NCBI GenBank assembly: GCA_964419145.1
Contig: CAYQOM010000002.1
Coordinates: forward strand, 726,511 to 790,510
Length of the DNA stretch: 64,000 nucleotides
DNA from: an uncultured Roseivirgaceae bacterium
Lineage (GTDB): Bacteria; Bacteroidota; Bacteroidia; Cytophagales; Cyclobacteriaceae
Direction of reading: 5' to 3'
Made by a program: the position numbers and the translations under genes. The notes under the pieces were generated by a model. That model worked only from the letters and a program-made list of their open reading frames with translations. It was not told the DNA's origin and did not search any database. This document shows, one piece after another, positions 28,193-42,578 of the stretch (positions within the stretch are counted from its first letter, which is position 1; each line of letters opens with the position of its first letter).

Positions 28193-29644
28193 TTAATTTT
28201 GCTGAATGTTGCCAGATGCATTGTTGCTGAAGGTATTCCCATTTTGTGTTAAGTTAATGGTGCCTGCAGCAGTCAATAGACCATACGTCTGACTGTTTGA
28301 TATGGTACTATTGGTAAGGGTTAATTGTGATCCTGCACCTGAACCAAACATGTAAATGTTGGCGCCCCGACCGGATGGATTTCCACCATACGATACAACA
28401 CCCTGATTGATTTTATTCAGGTTTGAGGGTGACGCAATTTCAATGCCTTCCCATGATCCGGCTGATTGCGTAAGCGCACTAAATGTGATTTTATTGGCGG
28501 CTGTACCGTCAGCGATTAAAGCACCCTCATCAGTTACCCATAATCGAAGTCCTGCATTGAATAGGGAAGTAGCGCCTGCTTCAAAGGTTACATTACTTCT
28601 TAGCTCAGCGCTGCTATACCAATGATATGGAATAGGGAGTGCCGGAATGGTTCCCCCATTCTCAAAACGTACATTCGTATTTCCTGCTGCTGCTACTTCA
28701 ATGGCTTGTGTACCATTATTGGCGTAGGTTGAATTTTTATCTAATGATGTAATTCCGCCAGCTCCCAGACGAATCGGGGCAGCATCATTGTTGCTAATGG
28801 TGTTGCCGCTGTATTCTGGAATCAAGCCACCGTTACCATCAATAAAGACTCCATATCCTGCCGTTTGAGTAATGGATGTTTGCTGGATAATGACTCTGGC
28901 TGTTACATTGCTTTGAATGTGTACCGCGGTTTTCTGGCCACCCATTACTGAACTTCCTGCATGCAGCAAGTTCACATGGATCAGTTTGTTATTTACATTG
29001 TTGGATGTAAACGAAAGGCCACGCCAGCTCCCTTTTACCTGATCGCTGCCACGTAAAATAATTTTTTTGGATGAAGTTCCTTCCGCATTCAGGTACGCGG
29101 CATTTCCATTCATCCAGAAGCGAACATCGGCCCCAAATTCAATAACAACGCCTGCGCCAAGCGTAACACCGGCAGTAGCTTGTATGCTGGATGGCGCGTA
29201 GTAATCGGGTATAAACTCTTCTTCAAACAGATCCGGATAGGTGGTGTTGGTGCTGATGGAGGTGGGAAGTACGCCACCGATGTAGAGTTTTTTAATGCCT
29301 GAAACTAGTGCGCCTCGCGAATCCTCAACTTCAATTTCAATTCTGTAAAGTCCCGCAATATTGGTGTTGAAGGCGGCATTGGTTGCACTTGTATTGGTGA
29401 GTACAGGTGCTGAACCTGCCGGTGATTCAATAATGGTCCAGGTGATGTCAAGTGGGTCGCCATCAGGGTCGGTAGCCGTAATAGTAATGTTGCTTGCCGT
29501 ACCCGTACGACCGATAATATCGTCACCAATCTGTAAGGTAGGTGCGTTATTTTCCGGAGCCGGTTCATCGTCCTTACAGGCGTTGAAAGTGATGAGCGCA
29601 ACCAGCATAATTGCACTAAAAAGATGTTTTGCATGTGTTTTCAT
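28193..29644 (-). CDS. Lipoprotein with a PKD/cadherin-like Ig domain and right-handed beta-helix repeats
   Basis: 483 aa with a lipobox (…LITFNAC). The Ig-like segment reads …ITITATDPDGDPLDITWTIIESPAGS…YRIEIEVEDSRG…. It is followed by Gly/Asn/Thr-rich repeats of ~22-25 aa typical of parallel beta-helices. Confidence 0.5.
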   Translation of the reverse strand: MKTHAKHLFSAIMLVALITFNACKDDEPAPENNAPTLQIGDDIIGRTGTASNITITATDPDGDPLDITWTIIESPAGSAPVLTNTSATNAAFNTNIAGLYRIEIEVEDSRGALVSGIKKLYIGGVLPTSISTNTTYPDLFEEEFIPDYYAPSSIQATAGVTLGAGVVIEFGADVRFWMNGNAAYLNAEGTSSKKIILRGSDQVKGSWRGLSFTSNNVNNKLIHVNLLHAGSSVMGGQKTAVHIQSNVTARVIIQQTSITQTAGYGVFIDGNGGLIPEYSGNTISNNDAAPIRLGAGGITSLDKNSTYANNGTQAIEVAAAGNTNVRFENGGTIPALPIPYHWYSSAELRSNVTFEAGATSLFNAGLRLWVTDEGALIADGTAANKITFSALTQSAGSWEGIEIASPSNLNKINQGVVSYGGNPSGRGANIYMFGSGAGSQLTLTNSTISNSQTYGLLTAAGTINLTQNGNTFSNNASGNIQQN

Positions 29645-29903
29645 AGGTTTTTTGGTTTTCTTCTACCGGTACACACACGGTTTTCAGGTAAACTGGCTCA
29701 ATGAATGTGACTTTTTTTTGAAGGCTGTCTGGGTTATAGTGCCTTGCATTACCTCTTTAACAATTGGGTAATTTGAATTTCGAGCATTGGTTCACTGCCC
29801 GTTTTTTATTGGTTGTCGATAAACTATTTTTATCTTCGTATGGGATTAACTCCTATTCGATTGGCAAGTCAAAGGTATCTACAGCTTGGCTTTGTTGGTA
29901 GGT

Positions 29904-30992
29904 ATGACATTGACATTCAACAACCTCACTTCTGATAAGGATTTTCTGGAACGAATTCTGGATTTTCTACCCTATCCGTTTATACTTTCTGAACTCAAAG
30001 CTGGCACATACAGGAATTTTTACCTCAACCGAAAGTTTTATCAAGAGATAGGGTATGGCCTGGAGGAAATTCCTACCATTGATGCATGGTTTCTTCATGC
30101 TTATCCAGACGAAAAGTATCGACAAGAAGTGATGAGCGGATGGTCGATCAAGCTTGCTGCGGCCCAGGAGGCGAGGGAAGATGCCGTCATGATGAAGGTA
30201 TTAATCCAGACAAAATTGAATGGTATGCGGTGGTATGAGGTTAAGGCCTCCATCATCGATAATATGCAGGTTGTGGCTTTTGTTAATATCCATGAAGAAG
30301 TACTTCAGCAACAAGAACTGAAAAAGTTAAACGAGAATAAAAACCAGGTGCTTTCAGTTCTTACACACGATTTGCGTTCACCTATTCAAAGTCTTCAGGG
30401 TATTATGAAGCTTGCTTTTCGCGATGATCTTTCGCAGGCTGAATTTATTAAACTTCTTCGCGATTTACATGAGCGAAGTCGAAATATACTAGACCTGCTG
30501 GATACCACCTTACTCTGGGCTAAGTCAAATTTCAACACCATTCAGTTTAAGCGTATACCCGTAGATGTAAAGCAGATTGCTCAGCAAGTACTTTTAGCAT
30601 ACGATAATTTTGTTCAAATTAAACAACTTCATGTGGCGTTGAATGTATCGGAGGACAGACCCATTTCAGATCCTGATGTTGTCAATATTGTTTTGAGGAA
30701 CCTGATATCCAATGCCATCAAGTTTACCCCAATGGGTGGAAGAATTGAAATCAGGGGTGCTGAGCGTAATGGAGTTTATGAACTTGTTGTTCAGGACTCA
30801 GGTATTGGAATGGATCCGGAAGTTGTTAGAAAGGTGATGGCCGAAACCGGCATTAGTTCACGCGGAACATTGAATGAGCACGGCATTGGTATTGGTATTT
30901 CACTGTGTTTGCAATTACTGTCACGAATAAACGGAGTGTTATCCATAGAGAGCGAGCCTGGACAAGGTACGCGGGTGCAGATTTGTTTTTAG
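29904..30992 (+). CDS. Cytoplasmic histidine kinase (PAS-like - HisKA - HATPase_c)
   Basis: The track start at 29886 is a TTG; the ATG at 29904 is preferred. The H-box is LTHDLRSPIQSLQG, the N-box is LISNAIKF, G1 is DSGIGM and G2 is HGIGIGISL. Confidence 0.8.
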   Translation: MTLTFNNLTSDKDFLERILDFLPYPFILSELKAGTYRNFYLNRKFYQEIGYGLEEIPTIDAWFLHAYPDEKYRQEVMSGWSIKLAAAQEAREDAVMMKVLIQTKLNGMRWYEVKASIIDNMQVVAFVNIHEEVLQQQELKKLNENKNQVLSVLTHDLRSPIQSLQGIMKLAFRDDLSQAEFIKLLRDLHERSRNILDLLDTTLLWAKSNFNTIQFKRIPVDVKQIAQQVLLAYDNFVQIKQLHVALNVSEDRPISDPDVVNIVLRNLISNAIKFTPMGGRIEIRGAERNGVYELVVQDSGIGMDPEVVRKVMAETGISSRGTLNEHGIGIGISLCLQLLSRINGVLSIESEPGQGTRVQICF

Positions 30993-31011
30993 AGAATATC
31001 GCCTGGTACCC

Positions 31012-31392
31012 TTATCGTTTATTTTCAGCTGTAAAAAATAACACGAGCAATACTGCCAAAATAAGTACACTGTATTCAACACCACCACTGCCATGGCCCA
31101 CCACAAACCAACCGTTTGGCAAGTGAACCATAAGCAATCCTGAAGCAATAATCAATGTGTGGAAAATTATACAATAGCGAACTTTAATTCCGAGTGCCAG
31201 TAAACCTCCACTGATAATCTCACCTATGGTGATCGCCCAGGCAATGGGTACACCAATCAGTAAACCTTTACTGTTTAAATAGGTTCCAAAATCAGCTACC
31301 GATTCGTGGTAAAGGCGTGCAATGCCATGGGTAATAAAGATGATGCCCATGGTAACCCGAAGCACCACTAAAGAATATTGGAATCGGTTCAT
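31012..31392 (-). CDS. DoxX-family membrane protein
   Basis: 126 aa with 4 TM helices. The N-terminus …LRVTMGIIFITHGIARL… is DoxX-like. Confidence 0.65.
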   Translation of the reverse strand: MNRFQYSLVVLRVTMGIIFITHGIARLYHESVADFGTYLNSKGLLIGVPIAWAITIGEIISGGLLALGIKVRYCIIFHTLIIASGLLMVHLPNGWFVVGHGSGGVEYSVLILAVLLVLFFTAENKR

Positions 31393-31418
31393 GCGTTCAA
31401 TATTTCGATACCTTTGAT

Positions 31419-33035
31419 ATGCTGCTGGTTGCGAATTTAAGAACCAATCTCAGTAAGAAACGTATGAAGAGCCATATGAATTGGTGCTATCCGCTGATAT
31501 TGGCTTTTGGGCTTAGTTTTCCGGCTTTTTCTCAACATCACACAAATGGCAATATTTCGCAAGCTGATTCTTTATTGGAGCTGGCCAAAAATTTTCAATG
31601 GATCGACTCCTATCAATCTTTGAAGTATGCTGAGCAGGCCCTGGCACTTTCCCGAAATCTTCAATATGAGCAAGGTATTGCCATAGCTAATAATCTTAAA
31701 GGATTTTGCTTTTGGTCGTTTGGTGATAACGACCTGGCTATTGAAGTTGCGTTGGAAGCCCTGGAAATCGTCAAAGCCATTGGTCACACACGTGCCGAAG
31801 CAGAAAGCTATTACATTCTCGCCCGCGCGTACATGGATTTGAACGAACAGGAGAAATCAAACGAGTACATTGCAAAGGCAGAACACACAGCCTTGAATGG
31901 TAGCGACTGGGAACAGCTCTGCAGCATTTATAACCTGCGCGGGGTAATCAAGTTTGTGCAAGGCCAGAAGGACAGCGCACTCTATTATTATACCAAAGCC
32001 TATGAAGTAGGAAAAACTCACGGAGTAGCACCAATTAATTTTCCCCGAATTATTTCAAACATCGGTGAGTGCTATGAAGATAACCCCGGGTTGGCTTTCA
32101 AACACTTTCATGAAGCACTACGACTGGCAAAGGAAACCAATAACCGGATTGCAGAAGCCTCTATCACAGATATCATCGGGCATGCTTCTTTAAGGGCGAA
32201 TGATTTAAAAAATGCTGAACTAAACTTACAAAGCGCGCTTGGATTGGCTCGGTCATTGGGGCTACGCAGGGTCATTCGCCATGCATATGCAGGTCTGGTG
32301 GATATAAAATTAAAACAGAATAGGGGAGATGAAGCGATAGTTTACCTGCAACAATACTATGCGGTTCGCGATAGTTTATTAAGCTCATCCAAAATCCGAC
32401 AGATTGTTGAACTGGAGTCGCGGCATGCCCTGCAACTCAAAGAGCAACAACTTCAATTGCTTAAAGCAGAAAATCGCATTCAAACGATCTGGAAAAACCT
32501 GATGATTGGAATGGTTGTGCTCCTGGCGTTCCTCTTAATTGCGCTGTATTTTCTTCAACGTTATCGCTATCGAAAAAATCGCGATATGCTTAACCTGGAA
32601 ATCGACTACCTCACCCGCCAACAGCAGGAAACGCTGACAAAGTTCAAAGATCAGTTGGTAAACGATTCAGCTGAAGCCCTGGAATCGCACGATCAAAAAT
32701 TATTAAAAAAGGCAATTGCCGTTGTTGAACACCACATCAGCGACTCTCAGTTTGGTGTGGAAGGCCTCGCAAATGAGCTGAACATGAGCCGAACTAACTT
32801 GCATCGAAAGATTAAATCGATAACGGGATTTCCTCCAAGTGAACTCATCCGAAGCATACGCCTGCGAAAAGCCGCCAAATTGATTGCCCGTAAGGTGGAT
32901 AGTGCCGCACAGGTTGCCCTGATGGTTGGCTTTGATGATTACTCTCATTTTTCAAAAGCCTTTAAAAAACATTTTGGGGTTTCACCTTCCGGTTATTTGC
33001 ATTACACCGAGGCATCCGAGCAGTTGCACGCTTAA
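31419..33035 (+). CDS. Membrane-anchored TPR sensor fused to an AraC-type HTH transcriptional regulator
   Basis: 538 aa. It has a signal/anchor segment (CYPLILAFGLSFPAFSQ; the true start may be the ATG at 31464), TPR-like repeats and a TM helix (MIGMVVLLAFLLIALYFL). The C-terminal AraC HTH reads …LANELNMSRTNLHRKIKSITGFPPSELIRSIRLRKAAKLI…GFDDYSHFSKAFKKHFGVSPS. Confidence 0.8.
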   Translation: MLLVANLRTNLSKKRMKSHMNWCYPLILAFGLSFPAFSQHHTNGNISQADSLLELAKNFQWIDSYQSLKYAEQALALSRNLQYEQGIAIANNLKGFCFWSFGDNDLAIEVALEALEIVKAIGHTRAEAESYYILARAYMDLNEQEKSNEYIAKAEHTALNGSDWEQLCSIYNLRGVIKFVQGQKDSALYYYTKAYEVGKTHGVAPINFPRIISNIGECYEDNPGLAFKHFHEALRLAKETNNRIAEASITDIIGHASLRANDLKNAELNLQSALGLARSLGLRRVIRHAYAGLVDIKLKQNRGDEAIVYLQQYYAVRDSLLSSSKIRQIVELESRHALQLKEQQLQLLKAENRIQTIWKNLMIGMVVLLAFLLIALYFLQRYRYRKNRDMLNLEIDYLTRQQQETLTKFKDQLVNDSAEALESHDQKLLKKAIAVVEHHISDSQFGVEGLANELNMSRTNLHRKIKSITGFPPSELIRSIRLRKAAKLIARKVDSAAQVALMVGFDDYSHFSKAFKKHFGVSPSGYLHYTEASEQLHA

Positions 33036-33221
33036 TCGGGCTTGGTTTTATGTTCCACCCTGTTGTGCTAAGGTTTCAAATTACGGCCACGCTACATGGT
33101 TGAAACATAAGACCATGCAAATGGGAGATTTTCACAACCCCACCATGCAGCCATCGGGGTAGTTTTGCCGTTCATTTAGGCAATTGGATTAAAATTAATC
33201 GCTAAACTTTTTTAACGTAAC

Positions 33222-33323
33222 ATGAATGCAACAAAGGGAAAACGAGTGTTAGCCTTATTAATGGGCATAGGTGTGGTGACTTTTATCGTAATGAAAATTC
33301 TGCAAGACGGTCTTGCTTTGTGA
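33222..33323 (+). CDS. Possible 33-aa small membrane protein (unannotated small ORF)
   Basis: An ATG…TGA frame that I translated by hand gives MNATKGKRVLALLMGIGVVTFIVMKILQDGLAL, a Lys/Arg-rich N-terminus followed by one TM helix. It ends 39 nt upstream of the methyltransferase start. There is no other support. Confidence 0.2.
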   Translation: MNATKGKRVLALLMGIGVVTFIVMKILQDGLAL

Positions 33324-33362
33324 AAATCTCTATCAACTATTAAAATAAAATCAAACAAATAC

Positions 33363-34217
33363 ATGACAACGACAACAGCAATCAACCCCAATCAGGCATT
33401 GTGGGAAAAAGGTGATTTTACACGCATTGCAGAAACCATGCGCACAAGTGGTGAAGCATTGGTTAAGCAGTTAGGTATCTTGAGGGATCATTTTGTTTTG
33501 GATATTGGCTGCGGAGATGGAACTACCGCAATACCAACTGCGCGACTTGGTGCACGAGTACTTGGCGTTGATATTGCCCGGAACCTTGTAGAAGCCGGAG
33601 CCATGCGCGCCAGGCAGGAGCGGTTACAGAACATCTCCTTCCAGCATGGTGATGCCTGCAGCCTTGACCTTCCTGATAAATCCTTTGACATGGTGATGAG
33701 TATTTTCGGAGCCATGTTTGCCCCCAAGCCAACCGAAGTGGCTAAAGAACTTGTTCGGGTTACTAAACCCGGTGGAAGAATTATTATGGGCAACTGGATT
33801 CCGGGCGACCCGACCTTGGTGGCACAAATTCTCAAGATCAGCTCCGTGTATACACCTCCGCCCCCCGAAGGATTTATCAGTCCGATGTTATGGGGCGTTG
33901 AGAGCCACGTAGTGGAACGCTTCGGAGCAGCTGGCATTGATCCAAAACAAATTTCCTTTCATCGCGACACCTATACCTTTCACTTTACCGGCACGCCACA
34001 GAAGTTGGTTGAAAACTTTCAAACCTATTATGGCCCAACCATGAATGCCTTTGAGGCCGCTGAAAAAAATGGAAAAGCACTTGAGCTACAGCGGGAACTT
34101 GAAGATCTGTTCAAGAGTCAGAATACAAGTAAAGTTGAGAACCAGACTATTATTCCTGCTACATTTTTACGGGTTACGGTTCAGGTACCGGATAAATCAC
34201 GTTCGGTTTTGATGTAA
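33363..34217 (+). CDS. Class I SAM-dependent methyltransferase
   Basis: 284 aa. Motif I is VLDIGCGDGT, the post-I acidic residue is in VLGVDIA, and motif II/III is FDMVMSIFGAMF…PGGRIIM. Confidence 0.8.
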   Translation: MTTTTAINPNQALWEKGDFTRIAETMRTSGEALVKQLGILRDHFVLDIGCGDGTTAIPTARLGARVLGVDIARNLVEAGAMRARQERLQNISFQHGDACSLDLPDKSFDMVMSIFGAMFAPKPTEVAKELVRVTKPGGRIIMGNWIPGDPTLVAQILKISSVYTPPPPEGFISPMLWGVESHVVERFGAAGIDPKQISFHRDTYTFHFTGTPQKLVENFQTYYGPTMNAFEAAEKNGKALELQRELEDLFKSQNTSKVENQTIIPATFLRVTVQVPDKSRSVLM

Positions 34218-34228
34218 ACTCATGCGTT

Positions 34229-36504
<2,276 letters not shown>

Positions 36505-36516
36505 AACACATACACC

Positions 36517-36903
36517 ATGACACAGTCCACTACAAAGCGCAACACCATCCTGTTTTGGATTTTTACGGTATTATTTTGTGCCTTCATGATGATGTCTACC
36601 ATTCCCAACATCCTTTCTGCACCGGAATGGGTTGAGGTTTTTAAAATGCTCGGGTATCCGTTGTACATGCTACCCTTTATTGGTGTAGCCAAATTGTTAG
36701 GTATCATCGCCTTGCTGATCCCTGGCTTTCCACGGCTAAAGGAGTGGGCTTATGCCGGTATGTTTTTTGACTTGACAGGAGCCGTTTATTCCGGCTTGAT
36801 GACGGGTGGATTCCATCCACAAATGCTGATCATGCTAGTGCCCTTTGTGTTGGGAGGATTATCGTATGTGTATCATCACAGAAGACTAGAATCAGTTAAG
36901 TAA
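36517..36903 (+). CDS. DoxX-like small membrane protein
   Basis: 128 aa with 4 TM helices. The family call is by general resemblance (…GYPLYMLPFIGVAKLLGIIALLIPGFPRLKEWAYAG…). Confidence 0.5.
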   Translation: MTQSTTKRNTILFWIFTVLFCAFMMMSTIPNILSAPEWVEVFKMLGYPLYMLPFIGVAKLLGIIALLIPGFPRLKEWAYAGMFFDLTGAVYSGLMTGGFHPQMLIMLVPFVLGGLSYVYHHRRLESVK

Positions 36904-36906
36904 AAA

Positions 36907-36931
36907 GGGCTACCCATAAAATAGGCAGCCC
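36907..36931. terminator. Terminator hairpin between convergent genes (best fits katG)
   Basis: gggctacc-cataaaata-ggcagccc forms an 8-bp stem with one mismatch. On the minus strand it is followed by ttttta. It lies 30 nt downstream of the katG stop. Confidence 0.55.
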
Positions 36932-36960
36932 TTAACTGGATCGGTTTTAATGTATTAGTA

Positions 36961-39171
<2,211 letters not shown>

Positions 39172-39319
39172 TTAGTATTTAAGCGTTTAATTATTTACGA
39201 ATGTTTATTCGACAACTGTGCAGTATACCAACTGCGCATCAGTTTGTCTATGACTAAAGTCAACCTTCAAGATTACATTCGATAGCGTAATAAATCAAAT
39301 TGATTATATTTATAGTCAT

Positions 39320-39334
39320 ATAGTTAATATCTAT
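39320..39334. promoter_or_regulatory. OxyR-type binding half-site (ATAGnTnnnAnCTAT) overlapping the oxyR start codon
   Basis: atagttaatatctat matches every fixed position of the ATAG-N7-CTAT OxyR element as I remember it. The oxyR ATG is at 39333. Further ATAG/CTAT tetrads and a 9-nt direct repeat tctatgact (39247-39255 and 39330-39338) lie in the 167-nt katG-oxyR divergent region. Confidence 0.5.
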
Positions 39335-40268
39335 GACTTTAACTCAGCTAGAATACGTAGTGGCGCTGGATACGCACCGCCATTTCTTGTTGGCCTCGGA
39401 AAAATGCTTTGTCACCCAGCCTACCTTAAGCATGCAAATTCAAAAATTGGAAGATGAGCTTGGTGTGAAACTATTCGACCGAACCAAGCAGCCCGTTATC
39501 CCAACAGAAATAGGAGTGAGCATTATTGCACAGGCTCGGATAGTATTACGAGAGGCCGGTATGATCCGGCAATTAATTACCGACCAGAAAGATGCACTTA
39601 CTGGCGAGTTGCGCATCGGCATCATCCCAACGTTGGCGCCCTACCTGTTGCCTCCTTTATATAAGGAGATGCGGGAAAAGTATCCACAGCTAAACCTGGT
39701 GATCAAGGAAACAATAACCGAAGAAGTGATTCACGAGCTGAAAAACAACCGGCTGGATTGCGGCCTGGTGGTAACGCCTTTAAAAGATCCTTCCATAAAG
39801 GAAGATGTTTTGTTTTATGAAGAGCTGTTTGTTTACGTATCAAGGAAAAACGCGTTAGTCGATAAAAAGTATGTGTTACCCAACGACATTGATCCGAACC
39901 AACTGTGGCTGTTGGAGGAAGGACATTGCTTTCGTTCGCAGGTTTTGAACTTATGTGAATTGCGAAAGCGAGGTGATTTTCATGTGAGGTACGAAACCGG
40001 CAATATTGAAACCCTTAAACGCATGGTGGATAAAAGTGACGGGATAACCATTTTACCTGAACTGGCCGTGATGGAATTCAGCAAACCCCAACTAAAACTC
40101 GTCAAGCGATTAAAAGAACCTAGCCCCGCACGCGAGGTAAGCCTGGTAACCCACCGCGATTACATCAAAAGCAAACTAATCAAAACCTTAAAAGAAGAAA
40201 TTCTGAACATTGTGCCCAAGCCGATGCAGAAGTTGCAGAGTAAGAAGGTGGTGGAGATTAATTATTAA
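39333..40268 (+). CDS. oxyR: LysR-family hydrogen-peroxide sensor OxyR
   Basis: 311 aa. The LysR HTH is MTLTQLEYVVALDTHRHFLLASEKCFVTQPTLSMQIQKLEDELG. The redox Cys pair in GHCFRSQVLNLC has the same 9-residue spacing as E. coli C199/C208. The gene is divergent from katG. Confidence 0.85.
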   Translation: MTLTQLEYVVALDTHRHFLLASEKCFVTQPTLSMQIQKLEDELGVKLFDRTKQPVIPTEIGVSIIAQARIVLREAGMIRQLITDQKDALTGELRIGIIPTLAPYLLPPLYKEMREKYPQLNLVIKETITEEVIHELKNNRLDCGLVVTPLKDPSIKEDVLFYEELFVYVSRKNALVDKKYVLPNDIDPNQLWLLEEGHCFRSQVLNLCELRKRGDFHVRYETGNIETLKRMVDKSDGITILPELAVMEFSKPQLKLVKRLKEPSPAREVSLVTHRDYIKSKLIKTLKEEILNIVPKPMQKLQSKKVVEINY

Positions 40269-40299
40269 TGCTGAACTTTTTGATTGATGATGCCGAATT

Positions 40300-41184
40300 C
40301 TACGCATTTTTATACCGCGTAATATCCAATGCTATGCCCATGTAGTTTCCATTAGGCAACATGGAGTTCGCCCAATTGAACCACAGCTTCTTTCCTTCGC
40401 GGTTGATGATACTCGTTTCCATGGATTCGATTTCTTTTGGCAGGATATTCGGGTAGTTCAAAATGTAATCCCGACTGATCCAACCTTCTCTTAGATTTTG
40501 TGAACGCCACCATCCATCTTTGATCAGCTCGCCCGGTTGGTAGCCCAGTACACTGTGCACCGAAGGACTTACAAATACAATTTCACCTGCTTTATTGGCT
40601 ACTATCGACATAACGTTTAGTTTTTCAAGGTGGGCGTGTGAGTGTTTGATGCCGGAAAGTAGCTTTAAGCGTACAGTGATCACAATCCCGAAAACACCAA
40701 GGGCCAGCATTAAATTGAAAAAGGCGATCAGGTTTTCGCTGCCTAAATCAAAGCCGGCATAGGCAACCTGGGCCGCCAGTAGAATGATAAAACACTGTAT
40801 TCCATAATAGAATAAACTATTAATAATGATGGAACTTGCACCCACCACCAGGATTAAAATAGTTACTGCGTTGGGATCGAATTTATTGATGACCACAAAC
40901 GCAATAACATAAAAAAGGGTGCACATGTATAAGAAGAACGAAAACCACGCGATGATGATACCTCGCTTAGACCGGAAAAAAGTAATGGTAAAAAATATAC
41001 ATCCCAGCGCAATGATCGCCCAACGAATCCCGTCAAGGTCTTTCAAGTCGGGTAAAAAACGGTCATACAATAGCTTGGTTATGGCCGCAGTAACAGTAAA
41101 TAGAGCGATGACCAATCGTACGGAGCCGATTGACTGGCGCAATAAGACTTTACTGACAAATGGGTTCTTCGTCTCTTGAAGCAT
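40300..41184 (-). CDS. Polytopic membrane protein with a C-terminal PAS domain (no output domain)
   Basis: 294 aa. About 6-7 hydrophobic helices are followed by …MSIVANKAGEIVFVSPSVHSVLGYQPGELIKDGWW…REGKKLWFNW…GIALDITRYK, a PAS/PAC signature. Confidence 0.6.
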   Translation of the reverse strand: MLQETKNPFVSKVLLRQSIGSVRLVIALFTVTAAITKLLYDRFLPDLKDLDGIRWAIIALGCIFFTITFFRSKRGIIIAWFSFFLYMCTLFYVIAFVVINKFDPNAVTILILVVGASSIIINSLFYYGIQCFIILLAAQVAYAGFDLGSENLIAFFNLMLALGVFGIVITVRLKLLSGIKHSHAHLEKLNVMSIVANKAGEIVFVSPSVHSVLGYQPGELIKDGWWRSQNLREGWISRDYILNYPNILPKEIESMETSIINREGKKLWFNWANSMLPNGNYMGIALDITRYKNA

Positions 41185-41394
41185 AAGGGTTTAGGTAAGG
41201 TTGAGGTAAGATTAGCAAGAGTCTATTCAACTAAAAAGTCAAAATTGAGGTAAATCTTACTCCCGGAGGCGGAATAAGGGATACTTTACTGGTTCTCTAT
41301 TAGGTAAGGTAATGTTGAAATTCGATACAAACACTTAACGATGGTTTGTTATTTTTACCGTTCGGTATATTTCTTTTCCATTAATTATAATAAG

Positions 41395-41913
41395 ATGAAT
41401 CGCATGAGATTATTTTTGTTCGTCCTTTCTGTAATTCTTTTTTCATGCAGCGAGGATGAAGATCCGATGCCCACCAGTGAGGCAATGTTGGGCACATGGT
41501 CAGTTACCGCCATCAGTTATAAAGGGTCAACCACCACAACAGTTTCAGGTGTAAGCATTAAAGCGGATTTCACCGGAACCGGTAAGGATATGGATTTGAC
41601 TACCACTTTTAGTGAAAACCCAAATACCGTTACCAGCGAAGGTAGTTATACGATTGTGTTGACTACCACCATGCTGGGACAAACCACTACAGAGGAGTAT
41701 CCTTTTGATGAAGCCGTTATTGATGGCACCTGGACATTGGAGGGAAGGACGTTGACTATAACCAACGGAGCAATCACTCAGGATGCAACAATAACCCGCC
41801 AAACCAGCACGGTATTAGAGGTAAAAATCAAACTTGAGGAAACAGAAAGCGATCCAAATTTTACAGTGACCACAAAGGTGGATGCGGTATATACTTTTGA
41901 AAAGCAGTTATAA
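41395..41913 (+). CDS. Small lipoprotein, lipocalin-like beta-barrel (hypothetical)
   Basis: The internal ATG at 41395 gives MNRMRLFLFVLSVILFSCSED (lipobox FSC). The Thr-rich beta-strand pattern with GTWSVTAISY…DGTWTLEGRTLTI resembles lipocalin-like domains. Confidence 0.45.
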   Translation: MNRMRLFLFVLSVILFSCSEDEDPMPTSEAMLGTWSVTAISYKGSTTTTVSGVSIKADFTGTGKDMDLTTTFSENPNTVTSEGSYTIVLTTTMLGQTTTEEYPFDEAVIDGTWTLEGRTLTITNGAITQDATITRQTSTVLEVKIKLEETESDPNFTVTTKVDAVYTFEKQL

Positions 41914-41936
41914 AGCGATATTGGGGTAGAACGTGT

Positions 41937-42278
41937 TTAGTCAATCATTACACCTATCGCGTACTCCCTTTTTAACCTGCGCTCCACCACAAACGGCACA
42001 ATCGGCAGGAGAGAGGCAATAAAATACCCCACCACACGACTAAAACTCCAGGCATATTCTTTCCAGCACAACACCAACCACAAGCCATAAAGCATAAACA
42101 AAACACCGTGGACCCAGCCCACAACGGTTACGGCTAAAGGAAAATCAAATAAATACTTTAAAGGCATGGCAATGCCTAACAATAAAACGTAGGAGATACC
42201 TTCCAGTAAGGCTATTGTAGCAAAGGTTTTAACTCGATTGTTCTGCATGCGAAATGATAAGCTTGATTCCGGCCGCAA
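41937..42278 (-). CDS. DUF3817-family integral membrane protein
   Basis: 113 aa. …FATIALLEGISYVLLLGIAMPLKYLFDFPLAVTVVGWVHGVLFMLYG… matches my recollection of the DUF3817 signature. Confidence 0.55.
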   Translation of the reverse strand: MRPESSLSFRMQNNRVKTFATIALLEGISYVLLLGIAMPLKYLFDFPLAVTVVGWVHGVLFMLYGLWLVLCWKEYAWSFSRVVGYFIASLLPIVPFVVERRLKREYAIGVMID

Positions 42279-42578
42279 AAATGTAACGGGGTGGTCAATA
42301 ATACAAATGTTTGTTTGATCAGCTTTGCGGCAAATGTATTAGCTAGCTGTTTCTATTTAAAGCCTGAAAATCAATTTGCTGGAACGTTTTAAATTATTGC
42401 TCCTGGCAGATTAGAATTCTGTACAAATTTTTTGTCATGACCGTTGTTATCAATCATCCAGATTTTTTACAGTGACATAAATTTTTATCGATCGCGATAA
42501 CGATCATTGATTGAGCATAATTGTGCATATAAAATTGTGCTCGTAAGTAGAGTTGCTTACCGATGTAAAAAAACTTTT

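Noticed and set aside
33488-33937. A 149-aa minus-strand ORF (plus smaller ones) inside the methyltransferase gene
   Set aside because: It is antisense to a CDS with clear SAM-binding motifs. The product is Pro/Gly/Ser/Arg-rich with no recognisable domain. It is a shadow ORF.
42380-42400. A sigma-54-like element (TGGaac…TTGCt) in the long region upstream of the Gly-rich lipoprotein gene
   Set aside because: The GG-to-GC spacing is 18 nt rather than the 12 nt required for a -24/-12 promoter.
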